From Chiloscyllium plagiosum (lineage: Eukaryota), in contig NC_057750.1 of assembly GCF_004010195.1 (NCBI RefSeq), forward strand, positions 1,097,768-1,161,767: a DNA stretch of 64,000 bases, in the 5' to 3' direction. The translations under genes were made by a program, and so were the position numbers. The notes under the pieces are model-generated. The model was given only the letters and a program-made list of their open reading frames with translations. It had not been told where the DNA came from and ran no database searches. This document shows positions 12,911 to 24,604 of this stretch, in pieces; positions within the stretch are counted from its first letter, which is position 1, and every line of letters begins with the position of its first letter.

Positions 12911-13456
12911 TAGTTCAAGCATGATTAACGTACAATAGAAAAAGCCTCTTGTTCCCAGCGGTCATGTATATTTGGAATGGTTTGCTTCTCTAAGGTATTC
13001 TTTTTCCAGCTTTTCCCAATACGGTTAAATCACCCTCCTCCATCTCCAAACAGATTGAATGTTATTCTCATTGGAATTGAGCATGTGGTTTTTGTGACAA
13101 TATATTTTATGATTGGTTTGAATTGCGATGGAAGTCAGTGGACAATTCTCAGGACATGTGACAACGCCGTCCAGAAACCAATCAGAAGCTGCTAATCACA
13201 TGGTTCAGAGTGATTGAAAGCAGTTGCCATGCAAAATAAGTCAGGCAAAACTCCTCATCAAGACAGTGCCTTTAGGAATGAGACCATCAACAGGAGAAGT
13301 CCTACTGGAAACGGTTAAGGTCTAGTCAGATCAGGTCTAATCAACCTGCTCTACCTAACTGGGGAGTCACTGAATGTTAACCATATCAGTGAAACTGAAT
13401 CATTTTCAAAGTTTAAGTCTTTGGGAAATGAAACTGTTGATTTTGTGATGGCATAA

Positions 13457-13838
13457 TGGTCTTCCAGAACAAAGAGTTGACCTTGACTGAGTGTTACAGA
13501 CCGGCACATTCCAAGGTCCAGGTCTACGTGCTGAGGGATGCACTAAAGCCTGGGGCAGCTGCTGTCAAGGGGCAGTGGGGAAAGATGACCGCCTGAGGTC
13601 TTCCTGTTGAAGGTAAATGGGGTTTGTTCAGTTATTGGACCCTCCTAGTGCGTCAAATGCATGTAAATATAGTCCTGTAAGTGTAAGACATGTCTTTGGT
13701 TTGTTTGGATAGGGTCAAACTCCAATGTTTGTTCGTTTCCTTGATAGGCTACTGTACAGAACTAAACTGCATTTGTGAGTATGTATATATACAAAGATAT
13801 GTTTTATGAATAAAGTATATGTTTGAAATTAAAAAAAA
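13457..13838 (+). mobile_element. L1/Tx1-clade LINE 3' end
   Basis: Encodes VFQNKELTLTECYRPAHSKVQVYVLRDALKPGAAAVKGQWGKMTA-stop, then a T-rich 3' UTR, AATAAA at 13809 and an A tail at 13831-13838. Confidence 0.65.
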
Positions 13839-14276
13839 TTCTCAGTCTCAGATCCCACTTCCTCACTTATCCAGTTCTGGGGGCTAGACCAGAGCAATAA
13901 CAATAACTCTGGACCCTGGTGCTGTTTCTGACTCTGTCTCAGACCCTTGCCCCTACCCTGAGTAGAGCAAGCCGTTCCACCCCAGCTCACCAGTTATTGG
14001 GCCATGATTTACCCCCACACTGCACCAGGCCTTGCCTGTATCACTGGCTAAGATCCTGGTGGGATGTGACCATGGAACAATCTGGTTCAGAGGCATGGCT
14101 GCTACCACCTGAGCTACAAAGGCCCAGGACTATTATGAGCCTCTAACATCACAGTAACAAACAAGACTGGAAGCTCCCAAACATCAGAAAGGGAAAGGGA
14201 GAGTAGAGCGAGCCATCTGAGGAATGTGTTCACACATTGTCCAGTGCTGGTGCACTGTGCATGTAAACACTCAGAT

Positions 14277-14516
14277 AAAAAACAAAAAACAGAAAATACT
14301 GGAAAAGCTCTGCAGGTCTGGCAGCGTCTGTGAAGAAAAATCAGAGTTAATGTTTTGGGTGCTGTGACCCTTCCTCAGAACATCTGAGGAAGGGTCACTC
14401 GACCCGGAATGTTCCCTCTGATCCCTCTCCACAGACGTTGCCAAACCTGCTGAGTTTTTCCAGTAATTTCTGTTTTTGTTTCTGATTTACAGCATCTGCA
14501 GTTCTTTCAATTTTTA
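14277..14516. mobile_element. Palindromic PLE-derived mini-element with decayed hammerhead motifs either side of the apex
   Basis: Arms ..cagaaaatactggaaaagctctgcaggtctggcagcgtctgtg..gtgacccttcctcag and ctgaggaagggtcac..cacagacgttgccaaacctgctgagtttttccagtaatttctg are reverse complements. Apex at about 14379-14383. Confidence 0.8.
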
Positions 14517-14604
14517 TTTCAGACTCTGAAAACGTCAGCTTATATTCAAATTACAGTGGCTTCAATCAGAGTCATTTCACATCAAGTAACTTCCTGAACT
14601 GTCA

Positions 14605-14965
14605 GGACAAGGAGTTAGTCATAGGTGGGGGGCCTAGTGGTCCTAAAACTGAACTATAAATCCAGGGACCCATGGCAGATGGTGAAATTGGAATTCAACT
14701 GATAGACATAGTGACAGATACATTGATTGGGAGTTTGCGGATGAAAACTAGCAGCTGTAAGGGAAAGAATCATAGAATCCATACATTGTCGAAGCTGGCC
14801 ACTCAGCCCATTGAGTGCACACTGACCCTTACTCAGTCTGGCCTACACGTGACTCCAGACCCACAACAATGCATTTGATTCACAACTCCCCTCAGGGTAA
14901 TTAGGGACAGGCATTTACTGCTGAGCTAGACGGGGACACCCACATTCCATGAATGAATAAATAAA
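14605..14965 (+). mobile_element. tRNA-derived SINE of second family (tail shared with the L2/jockey-group LINE), interrupted
   Basis: ggcctagtgg..atccagggacc..catggcagatggtgaaatt and gtctggcctacacgtgactccagacccacaacaatg..atgaatgaataa. Confidence 0.7.
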
Positions 14966-15499
14966 AGGTATACAAAGAATTGTGGGAGGTATACCTCAGA
15001 GGAAGGCCATTCTGCCCATTCTCTTTGTGCGAATGCTATCTCTTCATTCAGAGCTGTCTGCAATGACTAATTGAGAGAAAAGGGGGATGGGTTTGATTGT
15101 TGCTAGACCATGGTAACCATAGCACGTTCTTACTAACCTGACCAAGTATCTTCTCTTCTGTCAAGTGTCACCTTCAGGTTACGGCACTAAGATGTACCAG
15201 CCTGCAAATGCAAGTGGGTTGTATGGCAGCAACGGTTAGAAAATGCCAAGGGCATCATTCAGTCCTGATGAGTTGACATAAAAAGATTTACCAGGAAGAT
15301 TACTGAATCTTCTGTTAGACAGAACCTGACATTTATGGCTGGTTTGTGCTGATGAAGGTGAGAAATGGTAGCACTGGGAAATGGAACATTTCCCATTACA
15401 GATGTCAAGGACTGAGGCTGTAGCAAAGGTGAAACACTGCAAATCAGAAATAGAAACAGGAAGTGCTGGAAAAATTCATTAGGTCTGGCAGCCTCTGTG

Positions 15500-15504
15500 G
15501 AGAC

Positions 15505-15536
<32 letters not shown>

Positions 15537-15548
15537 CGACAGAGAGAG
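15500..15548. repeat. (AG)n/(AGAC) microsatellite within a PLE-derived mini-element arm (about 15437-15580)
   Basis: Direct reading; flanked by aaatcagaaatagaaacaggaagtgctgga..ggtctggcagcctctgtgg. Confidence 0.8.
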
Positions 15549-16232
15549 TATTAATGAGTTGTGAGTCACACCTGACTCTGCCTGCTGACATCAGGATGAA
15601 TCTGAGATTGGGAACTGGCTGCAGTGAGATACAAGGAGCGGCTGATGAAGCAATCCCCTCCTGGAGTACTGTGCTAGGCAGATTTGGGAAGCAGGAAGGA
15701 TAATGCGAATGCCCAGACCTCTGGGCAGTCAGCAGCACCTACTGAATGTGCGAGTAAAGCTCAGGAGGCAGGTTCCCTTGGAAGACTTGTACACTCTAGA
15801 AAATTAGTATCTCCAGTTGCCGGGCCATCAAGGCAGAGGGAGAGGTCCCCACGTTGGATTCCTGTGAACCCAGTTACTGTCCTCCCAGCCCCATAGAGCC
15901 ACACTCACTCTACCTTCCCCCAATTACACAACATCTTTTATGAAGACTGCTGCTGTTCTCTCACATGGACGGGGCTGAGGGCCAGGTGGAGGAGATCTGT
16001 TAAGTGTCAGAAAAATCAACACATTTCAATTGACCTCATTATGTACCACTCAGTGGAGGGGCAGAGTATTAACACCTTCCAGAAGCTGCCTTCCTGCAGA
16101 TAAACCAGAGGCAGGAAAGGCTCAGCAGATCAGCACCACGGGCAGTGACAAGGCATCATGGTCAATGACTGTGTTCAGTTCTGGGCACCTTATTGAAGGA
16201 AGGATATTAAAGCCCTGGAGAAAGTTTTTTTT

Positions 16233-16432
16233 TAGATTAGATTACCTACAGTGTGGAAACAGGCCCTTCAGCCCAACAAGTCCACACCAACCCTCCAAAC
16301 AGCAACCCGCCCAGACCCATTCCCCTACATTTACCCCTTCACCTAACACTACGGACAATTTAGCATGGCCAATTCACCTAACCTGCACATTTTTGAACTG
16401 TGGGAGGAAACCAGAGGACCTGGAGGAACCCC
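16233..16432 (-). mobile_element. HE1-type SINE 3' part nested in a CR1 fragment
   Basis: (tagat)n tail then cagtgtggaaacaggcccttcagcccaacaagtccacacc. Confidence 0.85.
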
Positions 16433-16937
16433 AAGTTCAAAAGAGATTTACTACAATGATCCCAGGAATGAGGGATTTTAGATACAAGGAAAGATTAGAG
16501 AGATTGAGCTCATTCTCCTTGGACCAGATGATGTTAGGAGGTGAGCTTATTGAGGTGTTCAAAATTATGGACAATTTTGACCGGGTAAAGGAGGATATTC
16601 TGTTTCCACTAGTTTGTACATCAGTCACTGGAGAGTCACAGTTTCAGGATTGTTCACAAGAGAGCTCGGAGTGAGATGAGGAGAAACCTTTTTCACTCAG
16701 AGAGTTGTTGGGATTTGGAATGCGCTGCCTGGGAGAATGGTGGACGTGGATCTCCAGAGGAGGTTTCAAAAGAGAGCTGGGTATGTATTTGAAAGGGATA
16801 AAATTACAGGGTGATGGAGATAGGGCTGGAGAGTGGGACTAGCTGGGTAGCTCGTTCAGGAGCTAGGACAGACACAGTGGGTTGAATGGCCTCCTTTTGT
16901 GCTGTAAAATTCTATGATTCTATTCTGTAATTCTATG
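16433..16937 (+). mobile_element. CR1-type LINE 3' end (continues from about 16170-16225 left of the SINE)
   Basis: VQKRFTTMIPGMRDFRYKERLERL..LGGELIEVFKIM..; (ttcta)-type tail. Confidence 0.85.
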
Positions 16938-17004
16938 AATGATCAGAAACACCACCTACTGAGCCCAATTCTGCTTTGGGCAGAAAACAGCCCCCAGTAT
17001 CAGC

Positions 17005-17244
17005 ACCAAACACTTCCAGACCAGGGTCAAATATAGAGTAAAGCTCTCTCTACACTGTCCTCATCAAACACTGTCAAAACTGGTACAACGTAGGATTACA
17101 TACAGAGTTAAGTTTGCTCTGCACAGTCCCCATCAAATATTTCCAGGTCAGGGACAGCATGGGGTTAGATACAGAGTAAAACTCCCTGTATGCTGTCCCC
17201 ATCAAACACTCACAGGACAGGGACAGCATGGGGTTCGATACAGA
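17005..17244. repeat. 69-bp minisatellite, about 3.5 copies
   Basis: agagta/agagtt anchors at 17035, 17104, 17173, 17242 (period 69). Unit resembles tacagagtaaaactccctgtatgctgtccccatcaaacactcacaggacagggacagcatggggttaga. Confidence 0.9.
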
Positions 17245-18068
17245 TATTGACTCTGGGCAGTTTTCTGTTGAGAGTCCATCACTTAGGGAATTGCTCGAAG
17301 TAACTTTGAGTTGTCAGATCTGATATGTTCTTGGGAGAGTCAGGGCAGCAGTAATAATTCTGCCTCACTGCACACCTGATAAATGTACCTTCACATTTTT
17401 ACATCAAAACCAAAATTGGAAATTGGAAGTCATTACTACCTTTGTATTGGAATGACTTTTTTATTAGTTTGATTTATTCACTGCCAATGGCTTTCCCTGT
17501 CATTTGGGTTAATGAGCATTGACAGCTTCCTCGAACCTTGCCAACATCAGTGTTTGAGTCTCCATGTCTGTATTGGCAGGTTCACCAGTCACTACTTTAT
17601 CCTCACCCACAAACACCTTCGAACAAAGGGTTCACTTGCTGGCAGTGACCAGAAGCAGAAATGCTGGCTGGTTCCTGTGTTTTGATCTCTCCAAGACTTG
17701 GCAATGGCTTCATGGTCATCATTAGCCCTTTAAATCTAGACTTTTATTGAATTCAAATTCCACTATCTGCCATGGTGAGATTTTAACCTGTGACCCTCAG
17801 AACACTAACTGGATTTCCTAGGCCTCTCCTAACGAAAATGGATAATAAAAATGACAAGTGAATACTTTTGGTATGCAAACTTGCAGCACAAAGTACGCTT
17901 GACTCTGTTGTGCATTCTCAGTTGGTTGAGGGTCATTGTCAGAACTTAGGAGAAAGGATACCACCACCAGACATCCCTGCTATCCATTGCAGAGAGGACA
18001 CTGGTCCTCTCTATTCACTGAGAGACACAAGCAGCCATGCAGCACTCCCTGAGTGTGTGTAAACATGA

Positions 18069-18355
18069 GCTGAAAATGTGTTGCTGGAAAAGCGCAGCAG
18101 GTCAGGCAGCATCCAGGGAACAGGAGAATCGACGTTTCGGGCATAAGCCCTTCTTCAGGAATGAGGAAAGTTTGTCCAGCAGGTTAAGATAAAAGGTAGG
18201 GAGGAGAGACTTGGGGGAGGGGCGTCGGAAATGTGATAGGTGGAAAGAGGTCAAGGTGAGGGTGATAGGTCAGACTGGGGTGGGGGCGGAGAGGTCGGGA
18301 AGAAGATTGCAGGTTAGGAAGGCGGTGCTGAATTCGATGGATTTGACTGAGACAA
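18069..18355 (-). mobile_element. Inverted PLE pseudo-LTR copy (left arm of TSD-flanked composite insertion)
   Basis: Reverse complement is nearly identical to 20113-20401. Confidence 0.9.
18131..18158 (-). ncRNA. Minimal type I hammerhead ribozyme motif
   Basis: Minus strand CTGAAGA-A-GGGC-TTAT-GCCC-GAAA-C-GTC. Confidence 0.75.
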
Positions 18356-18694
18356 ATGACTCAGTTATTAAATGACTTTGAGCTGTTGGAAAACAGCAGT
18401 GACAATGGAGTGAATAACACCGCAGTCTCAAATCACGTTCTGTGGGCATCTGCTGTATTATTTAATGACACTGATCAAAGGCAGGGATTTGCAGAATTGT
18501 CATGGGTTTTTATCTTTCAAAGTCAAACTTTCCAACGCCGCGGAAGACCTAAACATGGAGGAAATTGTCCTTTATCTCAGTGGTAGCACACTTTCCCTGA
18601 GACAGCGGTTAAGAGTTCAAGACCCACTTTAGTACCTGAGCACCTCACACATGTTGACATTTCTCGCTGCACTGTCAGGAGATGTAGAGGAGGC

Positions 18695-18887
18695 AGGGGC
18701 CTTGTGGTATTATCGCTGCAGTGTTAACCCTGAGACCCTGGTAATGTTCTGGAAACCCAGGTTTGAATTCTGCTATGGCAGATGGTCAAATTTGTATTTA
18801 ATTAAAAACAAAATCTAGGGTTAAGAGTCTAATGATGACCACGAAACTGTTGTTGATTTTCGGAGAAACTCATTTGGTTCTCCTTTA
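18695..18887 (+). mobile_element. Second-family tRNA SINE, 5' part
   Basis: ggccttgtggtattatcgctg..gagaccctggtaatgttctggaaacccaggtttgaattc, as at 56045, 59925 and 62800. Confidence 0.75.
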
Positions 18888-19162
18888 GACAATAGACAAT
18901 AGGTGCAGGAGTAGGCTATTTTGCCCTTCGAGCCTGCACCGCCATTCAATATGATCGTGGCTGATCATCCTTAATCAGTATCCTGTTCCTGCCTTATCTC
19001 CATAACCCTTGATTCCACTATCCTTGAGAGCTCTATCCAACTCTTTCTTAAATGAATCCAGAGACTGGGCCTCCACTGCCCACTCGGGCAGAGCATTCCA
19101 CACAGCCACCACTCTCTGAGTGAAGACGTTTCTCCTCATCTCTGACCTAAATGGTCTACCCC
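18888..19162 (-). mobile_element. CR1-type LINE 3' end running into the gap
   Basis: GRPFRSEMRRNVFTQRVVAVWNALPEWAVEAQSLDSFKKELDR; (gacaata)n tail. Confidence 0.85.
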
Positions 19163-20009
19163 NNNNNNNNNNNNNNNNNNNNNNNNNNNNNNNNNNNNNN
19201 NNNNNNNNNNNNNNNNNNNNNNNNNNNNNNNNNNNNNNNNNNNNNNNNNNNNNNNNNNNNNNNNNNNNNNNNNNNNNNNNNNNNNNNNNNNNNNNNNNNN
19301 NNNNNNNNNNNNNNNNNNNNNNNNNNNNNNNNNNNNNNNNNNNNNNNNNNNNNNNNNNNNNNNNNNNNNNNNNNNNNNNNNNNNNNNNNNNNNNNNNNNN
19401 NNNNNNNNNNNNNNNNNNNNNNNNNNNNNNNNNNNNNNNNNNNNNNNNNNNNNNNNNNNNNNNNNNNNNNNNNNNNNNNNNNNNNNNNNNNNNNNNNNNN
19501 NNNNNNNNNNNNNNNNNNNNNNNNNNNNNNNNNNNNNNNNNNNNNNNNNNNNNNNNNNNNNNNNNNNNNNNNNNNNNNNNNNNNNNNNNNNNNNNNNNNN
19601 NNNNNNNNNNNNNNNNNNNNNNNNNNNNNNNNNNNNNNNNNNNNNNNNNNNNNNNNNNNNNNNNNNNNNNNNNNNNNNNNNNNNNNNNNNNNNNNNNNNN
19701 NNNNNNNNNNNNNNNNNNNNNNNNNNNNNNNNNNNNNNNNNNNNNNNNNNNNNNNNNNNNNNNNNNNNNNNNNNNNNNNNNNNNNNNNNNNNNNNNNNNN
19801 NNNNNNNNNNNNNNNNNNNNNNNNNNNNNNNNNNNNNNNNNNNNNNNNNNNNNNNNNNNNNNNNNNNNNNNNNNNNNNNNNNNNNNNNNNNNNNNNNNNN
19901 NNNNNNNNNNNNNNNNNNNNNNNNNNNNNNNNNNNNNNNNNNNNNNNNNNNNNNNNNNNNNNNNNNNNNNNNNNNNNNNNNNNNNNNNNNNNNNNNNNNN
20001 NNNNNNNNN
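19163..20009. other. Assembly gap (847 N)
   Basis: Run of N. Confidence 1.
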
Positions 20010-20434
20010 ACGACGGTTGGAGGAAGAGCGCCTTATCTTCCACCTAGGAACCGTCCAACCACAAGGGATGAACTCGGATTTCACCAGTTTCCTCATTCTC
20101 CCTCCCCCCACCTTGTCTCAGTCAAATCCATCGAACTCAGCACTGCCTTCCTAACCTGCAATCTTCTTCCTGACCTCTCTGCCCCCACCCCAGTCTGACC
20201 TATCACCCTCACCTTGGCCTCTTTCCACCTATCACATTTCTGACACCCCTCCCCCAAGTCCCTCCTCCCTACCTTTTATCTTAGCCTGCTGGACAAACTT
20301 TCCTCATTCCTGAAGAAGGGCTTATGCCCGAAACGTCGATTCTCCTGTTCCCTGGATGCTGCCTGACCTGCTGCGCTTTTCCAGCAACACATTTTCAGCT
20401 CTGATCTCCAGCATCTGCAGACCTCACTTTCTCC
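20010..20434 (+). mobile_element. Penelope-like element (probably Neptune group) 3' end: GIY-YIG C-terminus plus pseudo-LTR
   Basis: RRLEEERLIFHLGTVQPQGMNSDFTSF, then a pyrimidine-rich UTR, hammerhead motif and terminus ..cctcactttctcc. Confidence 0.85.
20310..20337 (+). ncRNA. Minimal type I hammerhead ribozyme motif
   Basis: CTGAAGA-A-GGGC-TTAT-GCCC-GAAA-C-GTC. Confidence 0.75.
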
Positions 20435-21079
20435 TGTGTGTAAACATGACCCACTGACAGCTTTGCCAACAAGATTTCTGTCCAAATCAGCTGGGAACTT
20501 ACCTGCTTGGTTTGTGGGAAGTTGTTGTGAGCAGATTAGCTGTTAAATGTATTATACAGTAACAGTGCCCCAATTCAAAAAGTACTTAATTGCCGTCATG
20601 ATCGTCAGGTGTGGTGGTTGCTTTGGCAGGGGACTGGTAGGCAAGGTGTGTGGATGTCTGGAATGGACTGTGCTGGGAGCGCATGGCAAAGAGGAGGAGA
20701 TTGAGCCCCTGGAGGAATTTCCATTCCAGCATGACTAAGCATTTTCAAAAGACTGTAATGTTTGACTTTTAGCTTTATTTCTTTATTTTTCTACTAAATA
20801 CTAAGAATTACTGTAAAGTTTAACTTTTAACTTTGCTCTTCCTTTTTACCTTGATCTTATGATTCGATACCTCGATACTTTGTACCTAGGATGGCGCCCT
20901 GTGTGGTGACATTACATACTGTTCACTGTACTCCTGGACTTGAGTACATGTGGCAGTAAGAAATCTAAAATAAACTAAATCTAAATCCAAAATGTTTTGA
21001 GACACCCAGAGGATGTGAAAGGTGCTATATGACTGCAAATCCTTTATTTTAGCATCAATCACTTACAACTTTAGTTAAA

Positions 21080-21394
21080 TTAGATTACATTACATTACAG
21101 CGTGGAAACAGGCCCTTTGGCCCAACAAGTCCACACCAACCCGCCGAAGTGCAGCCCACCCATGCCCCTACATTTACCCCTTACCTAACACTACGGGCAA
21201 TTTAGCATGGCCAATTCACCTGGCCTGCACATCTTTGGATTGTGAGAGGAAACCGGAGCACCCGGAGGAAACCCACGCGGACATGGGGAGAACGTGCAAA
21301 CTCCACACAGACAGTCACCTGAGGCGGGAATTGAACGCGGGTCTCAGGCGCTGTGAGGCAGCAGTGCTAACCACTGTGCCACCGTGCCGCCCAC
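21080..21394 (-). mobile_element. HE1-type SINE, full length, young
   Basis: Reverse complement closely matches 38818-39138; (tacat)n tail. Confidence 0.92.
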
Positions 21395-22064
21395 TAATAT
21401 AGAAAAGGGTGGCCAATGATTAAAATCGAATGTTCATTCTGTTCAGGAGGACAGTGAAAACATTTAATTGATCAGGTCGGTTTTCTTCATGATTTAGAAT
21501 TTTATTTAAAAAGCCAGCACTTTTGTTAGATTAATTTTTATTTTGATTGATGTCCCCAGTGTAGCTTACTACCATCCCGAATGATCCAATCACAGCACAA
21601 GGACAATCCATAAATCACAGCAATTTCATTATTTGGATTTCCCCAAAGCAGATTGGATTCTGAATTTGACTATTGACATTGATCATCCTTAATGTAATCA
21701 CATCAGGCAAACGATGAATCAACTGCAGAACTTTCTGACTGAAAATTAGCTCTTTCGGTATTGCTCACTTGCGCATCAACCAAATTTCGAGCCCAGCATT
21801 TGATGATAAATGCTTTGAGAGAGAGGTACGATTAAGATCGCGGAGTGAATTACTGCAGATGCTGCAATCTGAAATGAAAACAACAAATGCTGGAAATCAC
21901 AGTGGATCAGGCTGCATCAGTGGAGAAACGCTAACATGTCGAGTCTAGAGTGCTGTTAAGATTTATGTGTTCCTGAGCCAACTTCAGATTGTTAAATCCA
22001 TTGGTATTGACCTTGAGTGGTTCCAATGACATTTCAGTGTGGACAAACCTTTCTCCAATAATAG

Positions 22065-22840
22065 AAAGATAGAAACCAGGAGCAGGAGTAGGCCATTCAA
22101 GCCTGCTCCATTATTCATAGCTGATCATTGTGCTCAGTACCCCTGTTCCCTTTCTCCCCATACACTTTGATCTCTTTAGCCCTAATAATTAAATCTATTT
22201 CTTAGAATAGACTTTCCTACAGTGTGGAAACAGGCCCTTTGGCCCCACCAAATCTCCAGAGAGTAACCCAACCAGACCCATTCCCCTACCCTATATTTAC
22301 CCCTAACTAATGCATCTAACATACACATCCCTGAACACTATGGGCAATTTAGCATGACCAATTCACCCAACCTGCACATCTTTGGATTGTGAGAGGAAAC
22401 CAGAGCATCCGGAGGAAACCCACCCACACAGACACGGGGAGAATGTGCAAATTCCACACAGACAGTTGCCTGAGGCAGGAATTGAACCCAGGTCCCACGA
22501 ATCAGCAATGATAACCACTGAGCCACCATGCTACCTACATCTTCTTGAAAACAATCAATGTTTGGCCTTTCTGTGACAGAGAATTCCACAGGCTCCCCAC
22601 TCGCTAGGTGAAGACATTTCTCCTTATCTCAGTTGTAAATGGCCTCTCCCATATCTTCAGTCTGTGACTCCTGGTTCTGGATTAACTGGTCATCAGGAGC
22701 ATCCTTCCTATGTTTAACCTGTCTAGTCCTGTTAGAATTTAATAGGCTTCTCCGAGATCCTACCTCATTCTTCTAAACTCCAGTGAATATAGTCCTAACC
22801 AATCCGGTGTCTCTTCATATATTAGTTCTACCTTCTCAGG
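22065..22840 (-). mobile_element. CR1-type 3' fragment with nested HE1 SINE (about 22205-22532)
   Basis: atagaaa tail, agcaggagtaggccattc..; SINE core in the middle; CR1 resumes at 22535. Confidence 0.75.
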
Positions 22841-23799
22841 GTGAACAGTGAATTAGCTTTAAAATCTTTTAAAACCACTTGCAGTGAGGATGCAACCTAG
22901 TGAGAATTAGGTAGGTAGTTCTTTACCAAAGACAGAAAAAGATAAACGCCAAACCATTTTCACTCAGTTATTTGTGAGTAGAGTAATTGGTCCCTTCACA
23001 GGGACAATCAGGAAATATCAATATTCACAATCAATGTTTCAACTCTTCATATTGCTTTTTTGAGGCTTCTACAACATGGGCAGTAATTTCCTGCCAACAT
23101 TCACAAGGTTAGTCTTGATAACCTGAAGGAGTTAGTTCCGTTGTGTTTAACAGAAAGTCTGAGCTTCCACATAATGTGCAGGTGATTGAAGCCTAAGATT
23201 TTCAAACACTTTTTAAAACAAATTCTCCCATTTTAGTAATTGCCAATTACTTTACTTAATGAGCAATGATACCACTTTCACTTTGTCTATTCTGATTATA
23301 CATACATTCCAACAGAAAATATATTTTTTTCTCAGCACAGATGGCATGTCATATATTTGGTGAGTCTATAACAACACTTCTTTGCAAATGCTTTGGAAAT
23401 AAAGTTGCAGATAAATTTAGGATTTTTCTTCTGGTTAAGACTACAGATAAAAAAATCTTTTTAGTCCATTTCTTTCAAAACTTTAAATAAATGGTAACAT
23501 ACGCCAGAGGAGCTGTATATCGATCTATGTTTTACAGAAAATATATTGGTCAGAGGAAAAGAATTTCAACTACTTCAGGAGCAATTATTGCTTCAGAACA
23601 CATTCTTCATTCAATGAGATGATAGTTGACCTATCCTCAACCTCCAATTTATTGGCTTGGCTTTATTATCCCTTATACCCCTGCCGAGAAAAGGATTGAC
23701 TAATTACAGAGTGAACATTACGAATAGAGTTAGTATCTAGTTTGTATGGGAGAGTTGCTCATGGCTAGATCTCCTCTCTTGTGAAGAGTGTTCCCCAGC

Positions 23800-24016
23800 T
23801 TTAGATTAGATTCCAAACAGTATGGAAACAGGCCCTTCAGCCCAATAAGTCCACACCGACCCGCTGAAGAGTAACCCACCCAGACCCATTGCCCTACCTT
23901 GTATTTACCCCTAACTAATGCACCTAACACTATGGGCAATTTAGCTTTGCCAATTTGCCTAACCTGCACATCTTTGGACTGTGGGAGGAAACTGGAGCAC
24001 CCGGAGGAAACCCACG
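23800..24016 (-). mobile_element. HE1-type SINE 3' part
   Basis: ggaaacaggcccttcagcccaataagtccacaccgaccc..cacccggaggaaacccacgc. Confidence 0.85.
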
Positions 24017-24297
24017 CTTCTCTCCTGTCTGATGTGACTCTGATGTTAAGGTCTTTGTTCTGGATTTCTCCACCATTGGGAAAGTGAAGAATTTGCTTCT
24101 GATCTTAGCCCTACCTTGTATTCTTAGACTGCGACCCTGAACTTAGCCTCCCTCACCATCGGAAACATGCTTCATGCCTTTATCCTGTCCGGTCTTGTTA
24201 GAATTTTATCAGTTTCTATGACATCCCTTTCTTGTTCCTCTAAACTCCAGTGAATATAGTTCCAACTGATCTAGACTCTCTTCCTACATCAGACCTG

Positions 24298-24572
24298 ATG
24301 TCCTGAGCCATGGTACGTTGGCAAGACCCAGCAGACCCTACAACAACGGATGAATGGATACCACCAGACAGCAGTGTTCCCTCCCAATTGGGGAACATTT
24401 CAGCATTCAGGGACATTTGGCCTCAGATCTTTGGGTGACCACCCTCCAACAAAGACTTTGGGACAGACAACAACGCAAAGTGGCCGAGCAGAGGCTGATA
24501 GCCAAGTTCAGTACCCATGGGGATGACCTCAACCGGGACCTTGGGTTCATGTCACACTACAGGTGACCCCAC

Positions 24573-24604
<32 letters not shown>

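Noticed and set aside
16030..16674. 214-aa ORF
   Set aside because: Chance read-through across CR1, an antisense SINE and CR1 again.
17005..17244. CRISPR-like array
   Set aside because: Whole units repeat with no unique spacers; vertebrate DNA with no cas genes.
18975..20154. 295-378 aa ORFs
   Set aside because: Artefacts of the N gap joining CR1 and PLE fragments.
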